Positions 57,157 to 64,000 of a stretch of DNA of 64,000 nucleotides are shown one piece after another. Position numbers and translations under genes: made by a program. Each line of letters begins with the position of its first letter. Positions within the stretch are counted from its first letter, which is position 1. The stretch is from Candidatus Latescibacterota bacterium. GTDB taxonomy: Bacteria; Latescibacterota; UBA2968; GCA-2709665. The DNA lies in the NCBI GenBank assembly GCA_965116875.1, contig OZ220733.1, positions 1,248,001 to 1,312,000 of the forward strand, given 5' to 3'. The notes beneath the pieces were generated by a model. It was not told the origin of the DNA. It was given only the letters and a program-made list of their open reading frames with translations, and did not search any database.

Positions 57157-57400
57157 TTTGAACGCCTCTCAGGTGAACGAACGCGTCGCGTAAATGGTTT
57201 TTCCTTGATTCGGATTCGGACCCGCGAACCGGCTTCGGTTCATTTCAGGCACAAATATAAACCCGCCGCAGTACAGGGACAAGACCGGATTCGCCGATAA
57301 GCGACGTCCGCGGACCCGCGGCAAGACATCCTGCCGGGGTTCGCCTGAACCATCGCGACGGCGAACTTCCTGCTGACAGTTCAACGCGAGGAGGGACCCA

Positions 57401-57910
57401 TTGCCCTATGAAGATCACAAGAAGCAGGCGCAGGGCGCCGTATGCTGTGCCGTACTCACCATCAGCGACACGCGGACGGAAGCCGACGACAAAAGCGGCA
57501 GGATAATCAGGGATCTGCTCGCTGCCGGAGGTCACTCGACGGGTTTCTACCAGGTCGTCCCGGACGATCCCGCCCGAATCCGTGACCACGTAATCCGGAT
57601 TGCGGACAAAGGCGACTGCCAGGCCATTCTGACAAGCGGCGGCACGGGTATCGCGGCCCGCGATACGACCTACGAAGCCGTGGTCGGTCTGCTGGACAAG
57701 CGGCTCGACGGATTCGGCGAACTCTTCCGCACCCTGAGCTGGGACGACATCGGCTCCGGCGCCATGCTCTCCCGCGCCGTGGCCGGCGTCTACCGCGACA
57801 CGATGATATTCTGCATGCCCGGCTCTTCCGGGGCCGTACGCCTTGCAATGGAGAAGCTGATCGTTCCCGAACTGTCTCACCTCGTCTGGGAAATCTGGCG
57901 ACAGAAGTAG
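57401..57910 (+). CDS. moaB: Molybdenum cofactor biosynthesis protein MoaB/MogA family
   Basis: LTISDTR, DDKSG, VPDD, SGGTGIAARDTT, GFGELFR, PGS. Confidence 0.9.
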   Translation: MPYEDHKKQAQGAVCCAVLTISDTRTEADDKSGRIIRDLLAAGGHSTGFYQVVPDDPARIRDHVIRIADKGDCQAILTSGGTGIAARDTTYEAVVGLLDKRLDGFGELFRTLSWDDIGSGAMLSRAVAGVYRDTMIFCMPGSSGAVRLAMEKLIVPELSHLVWEIWRQK

Positions 57911-58091
57911 CCTTCGATCCGAAGTGTTGCCGGCCACCCCGGCGGAAACCCGTTGAACCCCACGCGTTCCCGGGGGAACCAGGGAACACGGTACATCCGA
58001 GTTGGTCCGGCCGAAGGGGAGACCACGATCTCAGGAACCGCGTCTGAATCCGTTCGCGGTGTGCCTTTCTTCATTCAGCCCAAGGGATTTT

Positions 58092-59435
58092 ATGCCAACA
58101 CGCACGATCTATCTCCTGGCGCTGCCTCTCTTCCTGAGCTGCGCCGGCATCGAACCGGCCCGGGAGACAGGGCATGTCCACCATCACAATGCCTCCTACG
58201 ACACCGCCGCCCACGACGCCCGTCCGTCGCCCGTACCCGACCGCATCGTACTCACCTGGAACGGCGATCCATCCAGCTCCCAGGCAGTCACGTGGCGGAC
58301 CGACGCGTCCGTTGTCGACGCCCTGGTCGAAATAGCCCCGGCTACGGCATCTCCCAGGTTTATGGTCGACGTTCGAAAAGTTCCGGCCCGAACCCATGCC
58401 GTCGTCACGGAAAACGGCGCTTCACATTATCATTCCGCGACCATTGGCGATCTCCGACCCGGGACCCTCTACGCGTACCGGGTGGGCAGCGACGACCTGT
58501 GGAGCGAGTGGTTTCATTTCCGGACGGCGCTGGACAAACCGGCGCCATTTTCCTTCATCTATCTGGGTGACGCGCAAAACAACATCCTGTCGCTCTGGTC
58601 CCGCACCATCCGCGCCGCCTATGCGACGGCGCCGGAGGCGAGTTTCGTCCTTCACGCCGGAGACCTCGTCAACCGCGCGAACCGGGACGGCGAATGGGGT
58701 GAATGGTTTCGCGCAGGCGCTTATATCCATGCAACCGTCAATGCGGTCCCCACTCCCGGAAATCATGAATATGCCAAAAACGAGACGGGCAAGCGTCGTC
58801 TTTCCCGACTCTGGCGCCCCCAGTTCACACTTCCACTGAACGGCCCCGAAGGCCTGGAAGAATCCGTATACTTCCTTGACTATCAGGGCGTCCGCATCAT
58901 CTCTCTCAATTCCAATGAAAAACGTGACGATCAGGTACCCTGGCTGGAAACCGTGCTCAGGGAGAATCCAAACCGCTGGACGCTTGTCACCTTCCACCAT
59001 CCCGTATATTCGACCGGAAAAGGCCGTGACAACAAAACGCTGCGCGAGCAGTGGAAACCGCTGTTCGACAGATACCGGGTGGACCTCGTCCTTCAGGGCC
59101 ACGACCACAGCTACGGACGCGGTTCCAATCTCCCGATGGGCACCATTGCCCGCGACGAAGGAGAAGGCACAGTCTACGTCGTGTCCGTGAGCGGTCCCAA
59201 GCAATACGACCTCTCGTCAGATCGATGGTGGCGGCGGGCCGCCGAAAACACCCAGCTGTACCAGACCATCACCGTAGACGGAGACACGCTGCGGTACGAA
59301 GCCCGTACGGCCACGTCGGAACTCTACGACGCCTTCGACCTTATCAAACGGAAAGACGCTCCCAACGTGCTCGTCGACCGCATTCCCGACACGCCCGCAC
59401 GCACCCATCTGAACACCGTCGGCGGCAAAGATTAG
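58092..59435 (+). CDS. Purple-acid-phosphatase-like metallophosphoesterase, putative lipoprotein
   Basis: LFLSC lipobox; FN3-like domain; GDAQ, AGDLV, PGNHE, FHHP, GHDHSY. Confidence 0.88.
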   Translation: MPTRTIYLLALPLFLSCAGIEPARETGHVHHHNASYDTAAHDARPSPVPDRIVLTWNGDPSSSQAVTWRTDASVVDALVEIAPATASPRFMVDVRKVPARTHAVVTENGASHYHSATIGDLRPGTLYAYRVGSDDLWSEWFHFRTALDKPAPFSFIYLGDAQNNILSLWSRTIRAAYATAPEASFVLHAGDLVNRANRDGEWGEWFRAGAYIHATVNAVPTPGNHEYAKNETGKRRLSRLWRPQFTLPLNGPEGLEESVYFLDYQGVRIISLNSNEKRDDQVPWLETVLRENPNRWTLVTFHHPVYSTGKGRDNKTLREQWKPLFDRYRVDLVLQGHDHSYGRGSNLPMGTIARDEGEGTVYVVSVSGPKQYDLSSDRWWRRAAENTQLYQTITVDGDTLRYEARTATSELYDAFDLIKRKDAPNVLVDRIPDTPARTHLNTVGGKD

Positions 59436-59453
59436 GTACGAACCGGAGGGACG

Positions 59454-60404
59454 ATGCCAAGGGTGGGGCTGATCGCGCATCCTGACTTTTCCCGGCATGA
59501 CACCGGTTTCGGGCATCCGGAACGACCTGCCAGGCTGCACGCCATCCGGAGCCGGTTGGCCGAGACCGGACTCAGAGACCGGCTCCTCGACATTTCACCG
59601 AAAACACTCGAAGTCGACTGGCTGGAGAAAGTCCACACCTCAAAGCATATCTCGGAGGTAAAACGCCGTTGTGAACAGAACGTGCGCCTCATGGACGCGG
59701 GGGACACCTTCATTTCTCCCGCATCCTATCAGGTCGCCCGCCTCGCGGCAGGGGCGGCCTGCGAGGCGGTCGAGGCAGTTATGGACGACCGGGCGGACGC
59801 GGTGTTCTGTGCCACGCGTCCACCGGGCCACCACGCGGAACGGGACAGGGCGATGGGCTTCTGCCTGTTCAACAACGCGGCCGTCGCCGCCCGATACATC
59901 CAGGCAGCCCATCGGCTGGAGCGAATCCTCATCGTCGACTGGGACGTACATCACGGGAACGGTACGCAGCATATCTTCGAGAAAGACCCAACGGTCTTCT
60001 ATTTCAGCGCCCATCAGTACCCGCACTATCCGTGGTTCAGCGGCAGCAGCGGCGAAAGGGGAATTGGCCCGGGCAAGGGCACGAATCTGAACGCACCCTT
60101 GCCCGCCGGCGCGGGGGACGAACAGTTCCTTCGCGCATTCGACGAACTTCTGGCGCCTGAAATGGAGCGTTTTCAGCCTGAATTCGTCATTGTCTCAGCA
60201 GGTTTCGACGCACACGTCGACGACCCGCTTTCGGGCACCCGGGTCACGGCGGACGGTTTCGCCGAAATGACGCGCAGGGTTCGTCAACTCGCAAGGATGT
60301 ACGCCAGCGATCGTCTCATCTCGGTACTGGAAGGCGGTTACGACCTCAACGGCCTCGCCCTGTGCGTCGAATGCCACGTGAGCGCGTTGCTGGATACCGA
60401 TTAG
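59454..60404 (+). CDS. Histone deacetylase family protein
   Basis: HPERPARL, RPPGHHA, GFCLFNN, DWDVHHGNGTQ, SAGFDAH, LEGGY. Confidence 0.95.
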   Translation: MPRVGLIAHPDFSRHDTGFGHPERPARLHAIRSRLAETGLRDRLLDISPKTLEVDWLEKVHTSKHISEVKRRCEQNVRLMDAGDTFISPASYQVARLAAGAACEAVEAVMDDRADAVFCATRPPGHHAERDRAMGFCLFNNAAVAARYIQAAHRLERILIVDWDVHHGNGTQHIFEKDPTVFYFSAHQYPHYPWFSGSSGERGIGPGKGTNLNAPLPAGAGDEQFLRAFDELLAPEMERFQPEFVIVSAGFDAHVDDPLSGTRVTADGFAEMTRRVRQLARMYASDRLISVLEGGYDLNGLALCVECHVSALLDTD

Positions 60405-60468
60405 CCGACTGCTGCCGTTCTTTACCGGCGCCGGCTTTCGGAACTTTTGACTCGATCCCGTCGTCGAC

Positions 60469-60567
60469 CAGTCCGTTGATAAAGTCGCTCTGCAGGCGAG
60501 GCCGGGCAACGCAGGTTTTCGACCGCAAGGGCCGGCCGTAGCCCGGATGGACTTTTCCAACGGGCTG
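60469..60567. mobile_element. About 99-bp MITE-like element (second family)
   Basis: Imperfect 18-bp TIRs CAGTCCGTTGATAAAGTC / GACTTTTCCAACGGGCTG; related ends at 37378-37409. Confidence 0.55.
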
Positions 60568-60634
60568 CTATACACTCGGCTGCCGCACTTCGGTCCGCAC
60601 GGGCCGTGTCGTCGATTCCATTTACGGAGGTAAC

Positions 60635-61504
60635 GTGAACTCAAAGGATCCCGTAGTCGCTTTTCAGGGCGAAATGGGCGCATTCAGCGAAATGGCCGCC
60701 CGGAGTTACTTCTGCGAGAATGTCCGTGTGGTCCCGCAGTCCGACTTCGCGGGCCTCTTCAACGCTGTCGCCGGCGGCGCCTGCACGCACGGGATGGTAC
60801 CCATTGAGAATTCTCTCATGGGGAGCATTCACGAAAACTACGACCTGCTTCTCCGGCAGGACCTCCACATCACGGGCGAAATCAAACTTCGGATCGTGCA
60901 CAACCTCATTGTCAATCCTGGCGTCAGGATGGAAGACGTGAGGCAGATCTACTCACAGGCGCCTGCCCTCGCGCAGTGTACCGAGTTCATCCGATCCACC
61001 TCGGGCGTCGAGGCCGTGGTCGCCCGGGACACGGCCGGCGCCGTCAAACAGATCAAGGAAGAGAACGCGCGAGATGCCGCCGCCATCGCCAGCGCTCAGG
61101 CGGCGATCGACTACGATCTGGAGATTCTCCGGGAAGGCCTGGAAAACGACCACCGGAACTATACCCGGTTTCTGGTCGTGGCCTCCGAGCCGGCTGAACC
61201 CGTCGATCCGGCAAAGACCACCGTCGTCTATAGCCTGGATCACATCCCCGGCGCCCTGTTCAAGAGCCTGGGTGTATTCGCAATGCGGGATATCAATCTC
61301 CTGAAGATCGAGTCCCGACCCTTGAGCGGTCGACCATGGGAATACGTCTTCTACCTGGATTTCGAAGGCCACCTGTCCAGTGAAGCGTGCCGTCAGGCGG
61401 TTGATCACCTTGAAAAAATGTGCAGCTTCCTCAAAATCCTCGGTTCCTACACGATGGGCAGGACCGTCGAGGGCAGGTTGCGGGAAAAAAGGGTGGCCTC
61501 ATGA
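60635..61504 (+). CDS. pheA: Prephenate dehydratase (PDT + ACT)
   Basis: AFQGEMGAFSE, PIENS, NYTRF, NLLKIESRP, EYVFYLDF, ILGSY. Confidence 0.95.
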   Translation: MNSKDPVVAFQGEMGAFSEMAARSYFCENVRVVPQSDFAGLFNAVAGGACTHGMVPIENSLMGSIHENYDLLLRQDLHITGEIKLRIVHNLIVNPGVRMEDVRQIYSQAPALAQCTEFIRSTSGVEAVVARDTAGAVKQIKEENARDAAAIASAQAAIDYDLEILREGLENDHRNYTRFLVVASEPAEPVDPAKTTVVYSLDHIPGALFKSLGVFAMRDINLLKIESRPLSGRPWEYVFYLDFEGHLSSEACRQAVDHLEKMCSFLKILGSYTMGRTVEGRLREKRVAS

Positions 61505-62670
61505 ACCTTGCGCGCCGCATGGACCAGCTCGGTACCGAATCCGCGTTCGAAGTGCTCGTCAAGGCGAGAGAACTGGAATCACGGGGCAAAGACGTGGTCC
61601 ACCTGGAAATCGGCGAGCCTGATTTCGATACCCCGTCCCACATCGTCGATGCCGGCAGGCAGGCGCTTTCTTCGGGGTATACGCACTACGGTCCCCCGGT
61701 GGGACTGCCGGAACTCCGCGAGGCCATTGCACAGGACGTATCCAGGTTCCGTGGAATCCAGGTCATGCCGGATCAGGTTGTGGTCACGCCCGGCGCCAAA
61801 CCGATCATGTTCTACGCGATTCTCGCCCTTGCGCAGCCGGGAGACGAGGTCATCTATCCCGACCCCGGATTTCCAATCTACGAGTCCGTCATCAGATTTG
61901 CGGGCGCCCGCCCGGTTCCCATTTCGCTTACGGAAGAACGCGACTTCAGTCTCGACGTGAATGAACTGGCGGACCTGATCACGGACCGCACGCGGCTTCT
62001 CATCATCAATTCTCCGCAAAACCCCACGAGTGGAATCATCCCTCCGGCAGACCTGAAGGCGATCGCGAAACTTGCCGTCGACAGGGGGATCCCGGTACTT
62101 GCCGACGAGATCTACTCGCGCATCCGGTACGACGACGCATTCCACAGCATTTCCGTGTACGAGGGTATGCAGGACCTGACCATCATTCTGGACGGCTTTT
62201 CCAAGACGTACGCAATGACGGGATGGCGTATCGGGTACGGTGTGATGCCGCAGAAACTGGCGGAACAGTTCGGACTCCTGATGGTCAACAGCAACTCCTG
62301 CACCGCGACGTTCACCCAGAGGGCCGCTCTGGCCGCACTTCAGGGTCCGCAGGATGACGTCCACACAATGGTGGCTGAATTCAAACGCCGCAGGGACATC
62401 TTCGTCGCGGGGCTCCGCGAGATCCCCGGCATCCGCTGCCCGCTCCCGGGGGGCGCATTCTACCTCTTTCCGAATATCGAGGACCTGGGTCTCTCTTCCC
62501 AGGAATTCGCCGACTATCTTCTGTACGAAGGAAACGTCGCTGCGCTGTCCGGCCATGGTTTTGGCGCATCCGGCGAAGGCCACGTCCGCTTTTCCTTTGC
62601 CAATTCGGTCGAAAATATACGGAAAGCACTGGACCGCATTGCCGAATGCGTGCGAAAAATCCAGGGATGA
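61501..62670 (+). CDS. PLP-dependent class I aminotransferase (aspartate aminotransferase family)
   Basis: IGEPDF, NSPQNPT, DEIY, GFSKTYAMTGWRIG, GAFY; ATGA overlap with pheA. Confidence 0.92.
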   Translation: MNLARRMDQLGTESAFEVLVKARELESRGKDVVHLEIGEPDFDTPSHIVDAGRQALSSGYTHYGPPVGLPELREAIAQDVSRFRGIQVMPDQVVVTPGAKPIMFYAILALAQPGDEVIYPDPGFPIYESVIRFAGARPVPISLTEERDFSLDVNELADLITDRTRLLIINSPQNPTSGIIPPADLKAIAKLAVDRGIPVLADEIYSRIRYDDAFHSISVYEGMQDLTIILDGFSKTYAMTGWRIGYGVMPQKLAEQFGLLMVNSNSCTATFTQRAALAALQGPQDDVHTMVAEFKRRRDIFVAGLREIPGIRCPLPGGAFYLFPNIEDLGLSSQEFADYLLYEGNVAALSGHGFGASGEGHVRFSFANSVENIRKALDRIAECVRKIQG

Positions 62671-62689
62671 CACGTCACTTGAGGGCCTT

Positions 62690-62733
62690 ACGAGAAACCC
62701 CGGTGACGGGTCGTCACCGGGGTTTCTCGTTTT
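62690..62733 (+). terminator. Intrinsic terminator / long hairpin between convergent genes
   Basis: 19-bp perfect stem ACGAGAAACCCCGGTGACG / CGTCACCGGGGTTTCTCGT followed by TTT. Confidence 0.85.
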
Positions 62734-62802
62734 GAATGCGGAGATGGTACTCAGCCGCGCGCGGAGCAGGGTATCCCCGCACGTGGCAGACCTTCCCGCT
62801 TC

Positions 62803-64000
62803 CTACCACATCACACGAAAAGACGTCGCCGTGCTTACTTCCTGCCGGCTGTTCAAATCCAGAACTTTTACCCGAAAGTCCCGCGGGCCGGGAAACATCT
62901 CCAGGTTCAGCGCCTGGTATATCGGCTCCCAGGCCTGCGAACCCTTGTGGGTATAGGAGACCGCCGTCGTCCATTCCGGCTCCGCCTCCACATCGTCTTC
63001 CTTCAAGGTCCGGATCTGGTAGGTTACCTGATAGTTGGTGGCGCCGAACCGGTCCTTCCGCAGATTGTAGATTTCATAGTAGAAATACGCCTGCGCACCC
63101 TGCCGATACTGCTTGAGAGGATTGGGCAGAATGAGGTACCGCCCCCGTCCGTAAGGCGCCTGCTCCCGTTCGACGATCCTTCGCGCAAGCAGCATATCGC
63201 TCACGCTGAGCGAATCGTATCCGAATTCACCAACCCGCAACACGCTCCGGAACGTGCCGATCGACTTTGTCTTCCTGTCCTCGGCCTCCGCGGCGATGAA
63301 GTATTCCCCGGGCGACAGCATCAGCTTCTCGCCGGTAAACAGATATCCTTCCCGGGTCGCTTCATACTGTACCCAGGGCATGACGTCGACCCTTCCGATA
63401 TCCTTCCTCAGGGTATCCCAATCCGCGTCGAACAAGAACAGTCCCTGGCGTATTTCCACGGCCTGCGCCCCGGTTTGCGCCTCCTTGTGTTGCACTTCCT
63501 CTCCCGGAAGCGCATAGTAAACCTCCACTCTGGCCTTGTCCCCTTCCCCGCGAAACCGTGCCATCTGGTACGGGGCATCGTAACGTTCCCATCTGTATGG
63601 GTCCTTGTAGTATTCGGGCACCTTTGCCGTCAGCCTCTCGAAATCCACCGGGCGACGCCCCAACCAGCCCACCCGATAACGCCAGGTATCCCGCGTATCC
63701 GTATTGGCAAACAACAGCCGAAACCCGCCGTAATCCCACATCTCAAGACGGGGACGGTGTTTGAACGGCGTCGTCCCCTGCTGAGTCATCCAGTACAGAT
63801 GATCCTGGTACCACGGAGGCTCATCCAGACCGGTATCGATTTCAGGCGGGCGGACACTCCTTGCCTCCGGACGCCCATACCGGATATACGCCTGTCCCTT
63901 GTCCGTCGTCCAGCCTTCTATTCCGCGTTCCGGATCTCCGAAACGCAGGTTGGCGTACGCCACCCTGCCGCAGTGTTCCATCAGGCGCTCGTTAACCGGC
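62803..64000 (-). CDS. GWxTD-domain protein (5' end outside window)
   Basis: EHCGRVAYANLRF, GWTTDKGQAYIRYGRP; C-terminal beta-sandwich with YFYYEIYNL. Confidence 0.88.
   Translation of the reverse strand, partial: PVNERLMEHCGRVAYANLRFGDPERGIEGWTTDKGQAYIRYGRPEARSVRPPEIDTGLDEPPWYQDHLYWMTQQGTTPFKHRPRLEMWDYGGFRLLFANTDTRDTWRYRVGWLGRRPVDFERLTAKVPEYYKDPYRWERYDAPYQMARFRGEGDKARVEVYYALPGEEVQHKEAQTGAQAVEIRQGLFLFDADWDTLRKDIGRVDVMPWVQYEATREGYLFTGEKLMLSPGEYFIAAEAEDRKTKSIGTFRSVLRVGEFGYDSLSVSDMLLARRIVEREQAPYGRGRYLILPNPLKQYRQGAQAYFYYEIYNLRKDRFGATNYQVTYQIRTLKEDDVEAEPEWTTAVSYTHKGSQAWEPIYQALNLEMFPGPRDFRVKVLDLNSRQEVSTATSFRVMW

Noticed and set aside
57160-57400. Moco riboswitch upstream of moaB
   Set aside because: No recognisable Moco motif consensus elements
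58000-58040. Glycine-riboswitch-like words GCCGAAGG...TCTCAGG
   Set aside because: Upstream GGAGA element and aptamer stems missing; downstream gene unrelated to glycine

Overview
GC-rich bacterial window, probably from an FCB-group organism such as Latescibacterota/Gemmatimonadota (inferred from GWxTD, PorV/PorQ-like and DUF3098-like genes; not proven). It has two parts. Positions 1-25040 are an accessory region beyond the 3' end of tRNA-Val(TAC). It holds sugar-modifying enzymes, an MpaB/Lcp-like oxygenase-MMPL-LolA-like-beta-barrel operon, a DUF4143 AAA ATPase flanked by two related palindromes, and a metal-transport operon in which a His-rich DUF318/SO_0444-type permease is fused to an SPFH domain and followed by HflC-like and HflK-like genes, an orphan solute-binding protein, a small membrane protein and a ZIP transporter (best candidate for an undescribed system). 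Positions 25041-64000 are core genome: rplS-trmD-rimM-rpsP-ffh-rpe, uppS-cdsA-dxr-rseP, a dcw cluster (mraZ to ftsZ) lacking mraY and murD and carrying two inverted copies of a 162-bp MITE, then metabolic genes and a partial GWxTD protein. No CRISPR array, rRNA, integrase or transposase was seen. All family assignments are by motif recognition, without database searches.
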